From an uncultured virus (IMG/VR IMGVR_UViG_3300008255_000131) (lineage: Duplodnaviria > Heunggongvirae > Uroviricota > Caudoviricetes), in the IMG/VR virus record IMGVR_UViG_3300008255_000131: 20,000 bases of DNA, one strand, 5' to 3'. Positions within the stretch are counted from its first letter, which is position 1. Each line of letters starts with the position of its first letter. The position numbers were made by a program, and so were the translations under genes. The notes beneath the pieces were generated by a model. It searched no databases. It was not told the origin of the DNA and saw only the letters and a program-made list of their open reading frames with translations. Below, in pieces: positions 1 to 8,047 of the stretch.

Positions 1-394
1 AGAGAAGCGTGCCAGGCTGCCAGACATGCTCATGGAGCGGCACGGAGACTCCTGGGATAATGTCCATGGCGACAAAGTGAGGGTAGCGTTCACGGAGAGC
101 CCAAATTTGATCAAGCGATGAAAGATAGTTTACGTCGGTATAGTGATGACACCCAGTTGTTCCCCTTCGATCATATTTTTTACGTGGCCCAAAATAAAAA
201 GCTTCTCGCGCTCCAAATGCGTTAGAATTGCGAACAAGTGTGCTAAAATTAAAGTCTCCTTTAATCTGCATCATGATTGGAGCAAAAGGTAGCGTACGTT
301 CTTGAATTTTGCTTTTGATTTCTTCTACAGGCATTCCTTTGAATTCATCAAGAACATTGCCAAAATTTCCTAAATTTCCTGTATTTTCGTTCAT
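1..394 (-). CDS. TrmH/SpoU (SPOUT) family RNA 2'-O-methyltransferase, 3' end runs off the window
   Basis: Not in the ORF track. Manual translation from ATG 394: MNENTGNLGNFGNVLDEFKGMPVEEIKSKIQERTLPFAPIMMQIKGDFNFSTLVRNSNAFGAREAFYFGPRKKYDRRGTTGCHHYTDV...HVWQPGTLL. DFNFSTLVRNSNAFG matches SpoU motif 1 (N.G.I.R...AFG). The G.E..G motif would lie just beyond the edge. Confidence 0.8.
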   Translation of the reverse strand, partial: MNENTGNLGNFGNVLDEFKGMPVEEIKSKIQERTLPFAPIMMQIKGDFNFSTLVRNSNAFGAREAFYFGPRKKYDRRGTTGCHHYTDVNYLSSLDQIWALRERYPHFVAMDIIPGVSVPLHEHVWQPGTLL

Positions 395-435
395 ATTTCT
401 TTCAGATAAATCGATTATTCAAAAACATTGGATCG

Positions 436-639
436 TCAGAGTTTTTCGTCGATATTTGTTTGAATAGGAAGCTCATGTGCAAATTTCTTTCCGGCCATAA
501 AAACATCACAGGCTACACCGAAAAACCAGCCGACCACAAAAAGTGGAAGTGCCCAAAGTCGAGAAATGACTCCAATAGCAAGTACTGCATAGTAAGTGAT
601 TACTAACCTTTTGGGAGGAGTTACTTTTTTGTATGGCAT
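436..639 (-). CDS. small membrane protein (67 aa)
   Basis: Long hydrophobic stretch (about 2 TM). ATG lies 6 nt after a -10 box. Confidence 0.7.
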   Translation of the reverse strand: MPYKKVTPPKRLVITYYAVLAIGVISRLWALPLFVVGWFFGVACDVFMAGKKFAHELPIQTNIDEKL

Positions 640-645
640 GTCTTC

Positions 646-673
646 ACTATAAGGCCCAAATTAATGATGTCAA
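646..673 (-). promoter_or_regulatory. sigma70-type promoter, leaderless
   Basis: TTGACA-16-TATAGT-6 nt-ATG(639). Confidence 0.8.
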
Positions 674-720
674 GGCTTGTCGTCGATTGAACTCCACATT
701 TTCAAAATGATGATGTGTTT

Positions 721-1278
721 TTATTTTCTTAAATTTTTGATCATCTTGTTTATAAGAGATTTTCGAATTGTTTCTTTTTTTGTTATAAATTTGTTGTCTG
801 CCGAATAAAGAAGACCAGCCCAGACAGACTCAAATGAATAGTTTTCTTCTTTTATAATTGAATAAATCTCTTCTAAACGAAAGTCTTTATCAAAGGATAA
901 AGACTGAGAAAAAAAGTCAAACATCTCGTATCGGTCCTTGGCGCTTTTCAGCATTGAATATACATAAACTTCAAATGCCATAAAAAGCCCTTCGTCTTCA
1001 ATGATATTGGTAAATGCATGAACTGCTTCATGAACTGCGAAAGGTCCAATTTTTCCATTTTGGCAATAAATTTTTCTGTCCTTAAGAAGATGGGCAGCGT
1101 CTGGGTCAGGTGCGTGACCAACTCTAGTTTTTGGATCCACACGATCTTTGCTCGATTTTGCCACGATCTCACAACCCAGCGCCTTAACGAGTTCGGCTTT
1201 GCTTTTGAATAATCGAGGACTTTTTTCAAAGAATTTTTCGATTGTTTCTGTGACTTTATTTTTACTTGTTTTTGGCAT
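721..1278 (-). CDS. hypothetical protein with HEXXH motif (putative zincin-like metalloprotein)
   Basis: VHEAVHA motif. Start moved to ATG 1278 (MPKTSKNK), which forms a TAATG overlap with the upstream stop. Confidence 0.65.
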   Translation of the reverse strand: MPKTSKNKVTETIEKFFEKSPRLFKSKAELVKALGCEIVAKSSKDRVDPKTRVGHAPDPDAAHLLKDRKIYCQNGKIGPFAVHEAVHAFTNIIEDEGLFMAFEVYVYSMLKSAKDRYEMFDFFSQSLSFDKDFRLEEIYSIIKEENYSFESVWAGLLYSADNKFITKKETIRKSLINKMIKNLRK

Positions 1279-1627
1279 TACAATGTCCTCGTTATTGTTG
1301 GCTGCTTGCAAGCAGCTTCATAAATGTCTTGATAAACAAAGGCCCATCTATCTCCATGCTTTTCTTCGTAGCCACAAATAGCATGAGCAAGTTCATGTGC
1401 TAAAATGTCTAATGTTCCACTTACTCCTCTTCGTAATGATGAGCTTATTTGGATTTGTGGAATTCCACTTTCTGGAAAGTATGTTTCGCCTTTCGGCGAT
1501 CTAAGCTTGAAAATGTCGATTCTGCTTCTCATATCTTTTGGATGTACAAATTTAATTGTGGCACTAACTTTGTACTTTTTGAAACAAAAGAAAGAATCCT
1601 TTCAAAAGGATCTTCAAAAGCAATCAT
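1278..1627 (-). pseudogene. HEXXH (SprT-like) metallopeptidase gene with a -1 frameshift at an A5 run (1576-1580)
   Basis: ATG 1627 reads MIAFEDPFERILSFVSK. Adding one A joins it to KYKVSATIKFVHPKDMRSRID...ILAHELAHAICGYEEKHGDRW (ORF 1278..1532). Confidence 0.6.
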
Positions 1628-1787
1628 TGGTTTCCCCCGCTTCAAATGCAGCTTCTAATGCTTCTTTCAAAAGCCATACGGGTTGCGTGCTAAAATCGAG
1701 AGAATCAGAGCTTCTAGTCTCAAGGGTTTTTAATCCCAAAACTTTTTTTGCAATTTTTTCAATTTTTATATCTTTATTGGTTGGCAT
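1614..1787 (-). CDS. DUF6900-like small protein (57 aa)
   Basis: Not in the ORF track. MPTNKDIKIEKIAKKVLGLKTLETRSSDSLDFSTQPVWLLKEALEAAFEAGETNDCF. The pattern IA...LG..TLETR.SDSLDF....VW....ALEAA(F/Y)EAG is recalled from a phage/plasmid family. Confidence 0.75.
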   Translation of the reverse strand: MPTNKDIKIEKIAKKVLGLKTLETRSSDSLDFSTQPVWLLKEALEAAFEAGETNDCF

Positions 1788-1959
1788 CTTTTACCTCATA
1801 AGAAATAAGAATTTCTCTTTTAAATTTTGCTTGGTTGGCTGCTTCCATCGCCAACTCTTTTGTTTCAAACATCGGAATCCCTGGAGGGTCTGATTCCGAA
1901 ACCTCAACAAATTCATAGAAGATATGCCCTTCATGAACGATGGCTGTATATGTGTACAT
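1774..1959 (-). CDS. hypothetical protein (61 aa)
   Basis: ORF directly behind a promoter; overlaps the next gene. Confidence 0.65.
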   Translation of the reverse strand: MYTYTAIVHEGHIFYEFVEVSESDPPGIPMFETKELAMEAANQAKFKREILISYEVKDANQ

Positions 1960-1965
1960 GAGCCT

Positions 1966-1993
1966 AATATAAATCCGTTAAGTTGTATGTCAA
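1966..1993 (-). promoter_or_regulatory. sigma70-type promoter, leaderless
   Basis: TTGACA-16-TATATT-6 nt-ATG(1959). Confidence 0.8.
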
Positions 1994-1996
1994 GGC

Positions 1997-2215
1997 TTAT
2001 TCTCTGCCCTGAACGAGCTTATATTCAAAAATTGGAGGAAATTCGGAAATAGTAGATGAATCTTCAAAATCTTCAATATCGTATTTGTTATCGCCAATTA
2101 TGACATATGTCCTATGTCCATAAAATTCGATGCGCACTCCATTTTTGTGCATGGCATCCATTGCCTTTTCAAATTTCTTTTTGTCAGGATGATTATCTTT
2201 TAGTATTTGTGCCAT
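1997..2215 (-). CDS. hypothetical protein (72 aa)
   Basis: The track start (2236) lies inside the tRNA. The next ATG, 2215 (MAQILKDN), is just downstream of the tRNA. Confidence 0.65.
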   Translation of the reverse strand: MAQILKDNHPDKKKFEKAMDAMHKNGVRIEFYGHRTYVIIGDNKYDIEDFEDSSTISEFPPIFEYKLVQGRE

Positions 2216-2224
2216 AAAATCTCT

Positions 2225-2300
2225 TAGTCCGCCCATCCAGATTTGAACTGGTTTTCATGCTTTATAAGAACATTGAGGAAACCGATTCCTCCCTGGGCGG
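2225..2300 (-). tRNA. tRNA-Ile(UAU), non-canonical, copy 1
   Basis: CCGCCCA GG GAGGAA TCGGT TTCCTC A ATGTT CT-TAT-AA AGCAT GAAAA CCAG TTCAAAT CTGG A TGGGCGG A CTA. Perfect 7-bp acceptor stem, 7-nt anticodon loop, TTC T-loop. Confidence 0.85.
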
Positions 2301-2305
2301 TTGAT

Positions 2306-2800
2306 TCAGAATTGGTTTTTTGAAATTCCAAAATCTATAAGCTTGTAGTGTCCTCTTGAATTTTTTCCCCAATGCCTGTTTTCATATACATCCCCATATA
2401 GATTTAACTTTTTAATTATGGCATTTATTTCTTTATTTAAAGGCATTCCTTTGGTTGGGTGAATATACTCAACTTCAATCCATTTCGTAAGTCGGTTTTT
2501 TGTATCCCAATCATAAATATCGGGCAAAAATTTATGATCATTATTCAGCCAGGTTCTTACTTCTTTTCTATTTTGAGCAATGTAATTGTATTTTTCTGGC
2601 TGCCATTCAATCTTTAAAACAAAAGGTTCGTAACCTTCAAGGTTTATAAGATAAGCTTTGCGAGTACATCCCCATCCAAGGTATGTTGCATAATTGTCAA
2701 GAAACATTGAAGCATCTTGGCAGTTTCCATTTTCAATAGCCCTTAAAAGCTTTGAATAAGAATTTCTGTTTATTTGCCTTGGATGGGGATGTGCTTTCAT
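2306..2800 (-). CDS. minimal protein-kinase-like protein (164 aa)
   Basis: Ordered PKL motifs: YLGWGCTRKAY (Gly loop), FVLKI (Lys), QNRKE (helix C Glu), GDVYENRHWG (catalytic loop), LIDFG. Confidence 0.75.
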   Translation of the reverse strand: MKAHPHPRQINRNSYSKLLRAIENGNCQDASMFLDNYATYLGWGCTRKAYLINLEGYEPFVLKIEWQPEKYNYIAQNRKEVRTWLNNDHKFLPDIYDWDTKNRLTKWIEVEYIHPTKGMPLNKEINAIIKKLNLYGDVYENRHWGKNSRGHYKLIDFGISKNQF

Positions 2801-2813
2801 ATCCTATTTTCCT

Positions 2814-3131
2814 TTACTTGTTTTTTTTGGCCATTTCTTTGGCATGGATCTTTTCTAGCCGATCCAAAAAGGTAAATGGGACAGTTTTCCCAAGGCATAA
2901 ATCTCCAAGATTGCCATATAAGGTGTTGTATGCCATGCTTGCAAAATACTTGTCCTTCTTTTGCATATAAGAAACAAATCCTGGCCGCCTTTTTTGACTT
3001 TTGTTCTTTTTAGGATTATTCCTTACAAGCGGATCGATTGGAGATAAGTCAAATCCCAAATCTTTGCCCATTTCGAGGATAAGCTTTTTGTTTTTAGGGG
3101 AGCCGGTTCGTGAAAATGATAGGTTATTCAT
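2814..3131 (-). CDS. basic hypothetical protein (105 aa)
   Basis: ORF in the co-oriented gene run. Confidence 0.6.
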   Translation of the reverse strand: MNNLSFSRTGSPKNKKLILEMGKDLGFDLSPIDPLVRNNPKKNKSQKRRPGFVSYMQKKDKYFASMAYNTLYGNLGDLCLGKTVPFTFLDRLEKIHAKEMAKKNK

Positions 3132-3211
3132 TGTTGTGTTTTCTTTCTTTCTTTTTTTTTACCAATGTTTTGGTAAAACTTTTCTTTTTCCAAAGAATCT
3201 TAGAATTTTTG

Positions 3212-3397
3212 TTAAAAGGCTAATCTCAAAGCGTTTGCAGTTTCCTTCTGGATTTGAGTCTCTGCACGTGCGAAACGATATTGGTCCGCCCCAAGAATTT
3301 GCTCAGAAATTTTCTGGGTGGCTACATCTAAATGCAGCTTGTTGACCCGGATACTCAGCACGAAAAACCTCATGCTTACACCATGGGCAATACGCAT
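3212..3397 (-). CDS. hypothetical protein (61 aa; start uncertain)
   Basis: Co-oriented ORF; no motif recognised. Confidence 0.4.
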   Translation of the reverse strand: MRIAHGVSMRFFVLSIRVNKLHLDVATQKISEQILGADQYRFARAETQIQKETANALRLAF

Positions 3398-3437
3398 TTA
3401 TTACATTTAGTGACACTTTGTCATCTGGCATAATAAA

Positions 3438-3959
3438 CTATTTCTTTACCGTGAATGCCGCAGCTTCTTTGCGGAAGAGTGATGCAATTGCAAGATCTCC
3501 AATCTCTTCTGCGCTGTCAGCCATTACAAGCATATTATCAATTTCGGACTTTGGCAGCGTCTGAGTCCAATTTGGCAAACGTTGAAAATCAACATCCTCG
3601 CTATAATAACCATTTGACTCACCCAGCCAACGGATTGTTACATAGCCCTTTGCTGTAGCAAATTTGTAAAAAGTCCATGTATATGACGAATGTTCTAGTT
3701 TGGGACCTTCTGAGTTGCTAATTTCTTCAGCCATCATAAATGGAGAATCTACAAGATCATCAAGGTCACCAATGATTTCTTCAATTTCGACATTTTCGCA
3801 ACAATCTTGCCGATGAAAAAACTTATAAGCCGTACCATCCGACAAATGAATTAGTAATTCATCACCATGGTTTTCAATATTGACTGCCTTTCTTCCAATT
3901 AGGATCGAAATATCTGCGTCGTTATAATAATCGTAAGGTTTATGTGGCAAAATATTCAT
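3438..3959 (-). CDS. conserved phage protein (QDCCE family, possibly DUF7448)
   Basis: H.QDCCE.V.IE.I.GDL.DL..SP...AEE, SYTWTFYKFAT.KGYVTIRWLGESNGYYSE.V: widespread phage hypothetical family (recalled). Confidence 0.8.
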   Translation of the reverse strand: MNILPHKPYDYYNDADISILIGRKAVNIENHGDELLIHLSDGTAYKFFHRQDCCENVEIEEIIGDLDDLVDSPFMMAEEISNSEGPKLEHSSYTWTFYKFATAKGYVTIRWLGESNGYYSEDVDFQRLPNWTQTLPKSEIDNMLVMADSAEEIGDLAIASLFRKEAAAFTVKK

Positions 3960-4036
3960 GGCTATAAGAATTGAGTAAGTGCATTATGTTGTGTGCAAAT
4001 TGTCATAGAATTCGACATCACGCACAAGAAACTTTA

Positions 4037-4108
4037 TAGGGCCACCAGGATTCGAACCTGGAATATGGGTTTAGAAGACCCGTGTGATATCCCTTTCACC
4101 ATGACCCC
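4037..4108 (-). tRNA. tRNA-Arg(UCU)
   Basis: GGGGTCA TG GTGA AAGGGATA TCAC A CGGGT CT-TCT-AA ACCCA TATT CCAGG TTCGAAT CCTGG TGGCCCT A. Canonical cloverleaf; no encoded CCA. Confidence 0.92.
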
Positions 4109-4113
4109 GTATT

Positions 4114-4266
4114 TTACTTTTTAGGATTGCATCTCAAGCAAGTCGCATATTCGGTTGTTGGTGAAGTAGGCACAAGATGATGAACACCTCTAAGAACAAG
4201 ACCACAGCGGGTACGTGGCTCTAAAGGCCCGATGGGCTTTCTTGTATCTGGTTGGTGAGTCTTCAT
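4114..4266 (-). CDS. Cys/His microprotein (50 aa), putative Zn finger
   Basis: Not in the ORF track. MKTHQPDTRKPIGPLEPRTRCGLVLRGVHHLVPTSPTTEYATCLRCNPKK. GAGG Shine-Dalgarno and its own promoter upstream. Confidence 0.6.
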   Translation of the reverse strand: MKTHQPDTRKPIGPLEPRTRCGLVLRGVHHLVPTSPTTEYATCLRCNPKK

Positions 4267-4286
4267 CTCTTTGCCTCTTCTCTTTT

Positions 4287-4314
4287 AGTATACCCACCAA
4301 AGGAAGAATGTCAA
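4287..4314 (-). promoter_or_regulatory. sigma70-type promoter (microprotein + tRNA-Arg)
   Basis: TTGACA-16-TATACT, 20 nt before ATG 4266. Confidence 0.75.
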
Positions 4315-4320
4315 GAGATT

Positions 4321-4975
4321 TTAGAGCCACTTCGAGCCAGGAGTTTCCATTTCGATCAAAATCTGAACAATGTTTTCTGCAAAATCTGTCAAAAACTTAT
4401 CGCTGGCCTTGGAACTTGCATAAAGCCTCATAGCATGATTTATGATTTGATACAGAATAAAATTGTCATAATTACTATAACTAATAGCATTAAAAATAGA
4501 TCGGCCTATAGAAACGATGTGAGTATTTGCGCAAGACCAGCTAAAATTGCTAGAATGACAAATTGTAAGGGCCGCCTTTTTGGCTTCATTAGTGGTTTTT
4601 GCATTTTTGCACTCTTCGGCACATTCGGTCATTTGAGCGGCCAGGAGTAATGGCGGCAAAACTTTGTTAGTCGCCATTAGTATAACGCGTTTCACAAAGT
4701 CTTTATCATCGAAATCCTCTACGGTTCCCAATTGGGCCACAGCAAGCCGGCGCAATCCAGCCGCACGAGCCTGTGAGCTGCTCCAGAGTTCATCTTTTTA
4801 GTCGACAAACGGACGAAGAAACACACTGTGGATTGTCGCTATGGGGCAAATTGAGCGCGTAGCAAACAGCGGCTTCAACGCACATCTTACCAGGAATGGG
4901 CTTTCCGAGCCCAGGAACAAGACCAGCATCAACGGTTTCGTAAATCTTTGAGACGAGATCTTGGTTGATTTCCAT
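4321..4975 (-). pseudogene. conserved phage hypothetical gene split by a frameshift near 4790-4797
   Basis: ORF 4790..4975 (...GKMCVEAAVCYALNLPHSDNPQCVSSSVCRLK) continues in a shifted frame as DELWSSSQARAAGLRRLAVAQLGT... into ORF 4321..4755, whose only track start is a TTG with no obvious RBS. Confidence 0.65.
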
Positions 4976-4981
4976 GAGAAG

Positions 4982-5010
4982 AATGTAGGTCCGACTAAGG
5001 CAACTGTCAA
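4982..5010 (-). promoter_or_regulatory. sigma70-type promoter, leaderless
   Basis: TTGACA-17-TACATT-6 nt-ATG(4975). Confidence 0.75.
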
Positions 5011-5011
5011 G

Positions 5012-5239
5012 CTAGACTTTCTTAAATCTTTCAGGAAAGAATGATCCAGCTCTCACCTTTCCTTGATCGTCTTTAATTACAAGAAGATTGGTGTTTAGAC
5101 TTGAAACCACTTTTACAACTTCAAAAATTGAATTTTTTGTGATGATGGCGTGGAACGGCGGATGCATGCATTCAATTAATGTTCCAGGATTTCCTAAAAG
5201 TTTAGTTGCAATTCTATTGCATATTTTTTCTAGTTTCAT
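5012..5239 (-). CDS. paralog family member 1 (MxLxxIC...PG..EC...RFxK; putative SH3-like)
   Basis: MKLEKICNRIATKLLGNPGTLIECM...FFPERFKKV. Confidence 0.85.
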   Translation of the reverse strand: MKLEKICNRIATKLLGNPGTLIECMHPPFHAIITKNSIFEVVKVVSSLNTNLLVIKDDQGKVRAGSFFPERFKKV

Positions 5240-5241
5240 TT

Positions 5242-5472
5242 TTAGATCTTTATAAATCTTTCGGGCAAAAAATTTCCTATCAATTTTCCATCCATTGCAA
5301 CTTGAAGAAGATGTGTATTTTCTTCTTTAAGTGTTTTTATTACATTAAATATGCAATTTTTTGATCCTTTTCCATTGGGCATTGCAAGAGAAGGATGAAT
5401 GCATCTGACGCGCGTTCCCGGATTTCCTAAAATTTCAGCCCCAATTTTATTGCATATTGTTTCTAAATCCAT
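5242..5472 (-). CDS. paralog family member 2
   Basis: MDLETICNKIGAEILGNPGTRVRCI...FLPERFIKI. Confidence 0.85.
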   Translation of the reverse strand: MDLETICNKIGAEILGNPGTRVRCIHPSLAMPNGKGSKNCIFNVIKTLKEENTHLLQVAMDGKLIGNFLPERFIKI

Positions 5473-5542
5473 TTTGTTATTCCTATCATTTGTGACGCTT
5501 TATTCTAATTGATCTAGACGCCAATTTATTCCGTCTTTATTT

Positions 5543-6055
5543 TCATTTGATTTTAAATCCCATTTCAATCATTGACAATAATGCTTCGGCATTGCCTTTT
5601 GCATCGTCTACAGGATGGTGAGTATGTTTTGTTTTGCGTAAATGTTTGAAGTTTTTTCTCATATCCTTGACGAATCCTTTGTATAGGCTTCCAAGATTTG
5701 TGCTCGAATGGCCAAAAGGATTTGTTCCGCAAAACTTATGAAAATAGTAATTGAAAAATTGCCAATCAAACCCATTATTATCCGATATGAATCGGGGATT
5801 AGGAAACATTGAAACCCAGCTATAAAAATCTTTCATTGTTTCTTCCGGCATTAGAAAATTCATGCACTCGTCACGAGAAAAACCAGAAACACTAAGCGCT
5901 TCTGGAACCCAGTTATCTGAAATTGGACGACATTTTCCATAAAAAGTATGATCAAGCTTTGGTTCTACAACGACAGCACCAAAACTTGTCATACTATAAA
6001 GGCCAGGACAAGGCCCATCAGTTTCTGCATCTGTCATAATCCATGTTATATTCAT
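5543..6055 (-). CDS. DEDDh 3'-5' exonuclease (RNase AS/Rv2179c-like)
   Basis: ExoI DAETDG, ExoII NNGFD, ExoIII HHPVDDA. Start set at ATG 6055 (MNITWIM), just after the upstream stop. Confidence 0.85.
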   Translation of the reverse strand: MNITWIMTDAETDGPCPGLYSMTSFGAVVVEPKLDHTFYGKCRPISDNWVPEALSVSGFSRDECMNFLMPEETMKDFYSWVSMFPNPRFISDNNGFDWQFFNYYFHKFCGTNPFGHSSTNLGSLYKGFVKDMRKNFKHLRKTKHTHHPVDDAKGNAEALLSMIEMGFKIK

Positions 6056-6059
6056 TTTA

Positions 6060-6473
6060 TTACTCTTCCTCTTCTTCCTGCATTTCGATCCAAGGACCAA
6101 GTATTTCTTTTATTGCTTCACTTGCTTCACTTGCTTCTTTTTCGATTCGTTCTTTTCCTTTTTTATCATAAGAAAAGGCAATGTGTGCATTTGAAAGAAA
6201 ATTCAACAAGGTATCTTTTAAATCATAAAGAGATTCGGCATCATTAATTCCTTCAATGAGAACATCAATTGAATCTTTTGCATTTTCTAAATCTTCTTCA
6301 TTACATGCCTCTTTTTCAATAAGGTCGCTTAGCTTAAAGCCCATATTCTTAATTTTGATTGCTGTGCCAAAGTTGCCATCAGAAGATTCATAAACTTCAG
6401 AAAAAGAAGTAAATAAATCTTCTAGGTTGTCAGATGCGATGGCATTTTCAATTTCTTTGATTTGATTGTTCAT
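6060..6473 (-). CDS. highly acidic hypothetical protein (137 aa)
   Basis: Co-oriented ORF, D/E-rich, ending EEEEE. Confidence 0.7.
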   Translation of the reverse strand: MNNQIKEIENAIASDNLEDLFTSFSEVYESSDGNFGTAIKIKNMGFKLSDLIEKEACNEEDLENAKDSIDVLIEGINDAESLYDLKDTLLNFLSNAHIAFSYDKKGKERIEKEASEASEAIKEILGPWIEMQEEEEE

Positions 6474-6616
6474 TTTCTCTGCTTTGTTTCATTTAATAAT
6501 TTTTCAAGCCTGGCTTTGCATAACAAATATTCAATTTGCCATCTAAATAAAGGCTCATGGTCACCATAATCAGTAAGACGATGCTCAAGCTCGGATACGT
6601 TATTGGGCTTGGCCAT
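6470..6616 (-). CDS. hypothetical microprotein (48 aa)
   Basis: Not in the ORF track. MAKPNNVSELEHRLTDYGDHEPLFRWQIEYLLCKARLEKLLNETKQRK. Fills the gap; ATGA overlap with the next gene. Confidence 0.55.
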   Translation of the reverse strand: MAKPNNVSELEHRLTDYGDHEPLFRWQIEYLLCKARLEKLLNETKQRK

Positions 6617-6622
6617 GATCTT

Positions 6623-6994
6623 TTATTTTGTCTGAGAAATTTCTTTTTTAAGGCATGAACTTGGATATGCTTGATCTTCTAAGCATCTAGTAGCAACACG
6701 TGCCTCAATAAGTTCACATTTGTCAAGCCCAAGTGACTCAACGCAAGATAGCCAAGCATCTTCGTAGATTATATGTTGCTGCCGTGCGTCTTCTTCCTTT
6801 TTTTGTTTGTTTTTATGACAATAAGGAATGGTGGCAACGATTCCAAAGATAGTCACCAAAGCAAAAGCAAGCAAACTAAACCCTTTAAAAAAGAGACCAA
6901 TCAAATGCCTTCTTTCTCTTTTGTCTCTTTCTTTTGATTCTTTTTGCAGTTTTTGCCATTCGCCAACTTCTTTGATAATATCTTCGTCATTCAT
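6623..6994 (-). CDS. single-TM membrane protein with Cys-containing C-terminal domain
   Basis: Hydrophobic segment FSLLAFALVTIFGIVATIP followed by several Cys. Confidence 0.7.
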   Translation of the reverse strand: MNDEDIIKEVGEWQKLQKESKERDKRERRHLIGLFFKGFSLLAFALVTIFGIVATIPYCHKNKQKKEEDARQQHIIYEDAWLSCVESLGLDKCELIEARVATRCLEDQAYPSSCLKKEISQTK

Positions 6995-6997
6995 ATT

Positions 6998-7330
6998 TTA
7001 TTCGTCCCATTTTTCTGGAAGTTGAGAATTTTGCAACAAGCACCATAATGCAGCAATCCACTGTGTAGAAAAGCCGCCAAATGTCGTTCCGCCACCAAAA
7101 AAGTAATATCTAGAGTTCCAAGAATTTTCATTTGGAACAAATTCCAACCTTCCGATCAATTTGTCATCAATGTTTCTGTAAATTAGAAACCAATCTGCCA
7201 AATAAGCATATCCATCAGGTTCTTGCTTTTCAAGTCTAAATCCGTGCTCGATCACTTTGGAACTAAAATGATCTTTTCCATAGCATTTGTAATGATCGCT
7301 AATCTCTGTTAGAATTTTTGAAGTATCCAT
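6998..7330 (-). CDS. hypothetical protein (110 aa)
   Basis: Co-oriented ORF with 2-3 nt spacing to its neighbours. Confidence 0.7.
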   Translation of the reverse strand: MDTSKILTEISDHYKCYGKDHFSSKVIEHGFRLEKQEPDGYAYLADWFLIYRNIDDKLIGRLEFVPNENSWNSRYYFFGGGTTFGGFSTQWIAALWCLLQNSQLPEKWDE

Positions 7331-7332
7331 TT

Positions 7333-8046
7333 TTACTTTTTTAGCACTTCTCGTGCCTCTTGTGTGGTTGAAAAAGTTGAAAATTCATCTTTCCATGAAA
7401 TATCACATAATTTTGCGGATTCGCCCTTGGTAAGTCCAAGCTCGTCAGCAATGGTATCAATAATTGCATCTCGCAAATAATCAATAACTGGCATGGGTGT
7501 AGGATGATCATCAAACAAAATTTCTGAGATCCTGTCCTTTACATATGATGTAAGTTCAAGGCATTCATCTTCTTCTAGTGGCTCAAGAACCATGTCATGG
7601 CCACAGTGTTCGCAATAAGGAATCCCTTCGTCTTCGTTGTCAGTTTGGTTGTAATAGGATGGGCTTGAAATGTCTTCGTCGCAAATGCATGAGGTCGACC
7701 ATTTGGTGGCAAGGCCACGAATTTTTTCAAAGTTAATGTTTTCTTCGATAGAGATTTCTCCGCGCGTTTTGGCAGCAGAAATTTCTCGTTCTTTCCATTC
7801 TTTATATGGCTCTGCCGAAATATCCATGATTGTTTCGGTAATTTTCCGTTCGGCACGAATACAGTCAATTTTATCTTTTGCATACATCCCATAAATAAAG
7901 CCTCGACCTTCGGCCTTAGCTTCATTGCTACAACAAAACCAATGAGGAGCGCCAGAATATCCCCTTTCTGCGGACATTGTTTTAATGGCTTCATGAGCAA
8001 AAAAGTTAAAAGGAGTGAGTTCGGATGGATCATACACAGTCTTCAT
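7333..8046 (-). CDS. hypothetical protein (237 aa) with CxC...CxxC putative Zn ribbon
   Basis: CICDE...PYCEHCGHDM. Confidence 0.75.
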   Translation of the reverse strand: MKTVYDPSELTPFNFFAHEAIKTMSAERGYSGAPHWFCCSNEAKAEGRGFIYGMYAKDKIDCIRAERKITETIMDISAEPYKEWKEREISAAKTRGEISIEENINFEKIRGLATKWSTSCICDEDISSPSYYNQTDNEDEGIPYCEHCGHDMVLEPLEEDECLELTSYVKDRISEILFDDHPTPMPVIDYLRDAIIDTIADELGLTKGESAKLCDISWKDEFSTFSTTQEAREVLKK

Positions 8047-8047
8047 A

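Noticed and set aside
4215..4330. 11-bp inverted repeat (GTGGCTCTAAA / TTTAGAGCCAC) flanking a promoter, a possible invertible switch
   Set aside because: Both arms lie in coding sequence, no recombinase is nearby, and about one such match is expected by chance in 20 kb.
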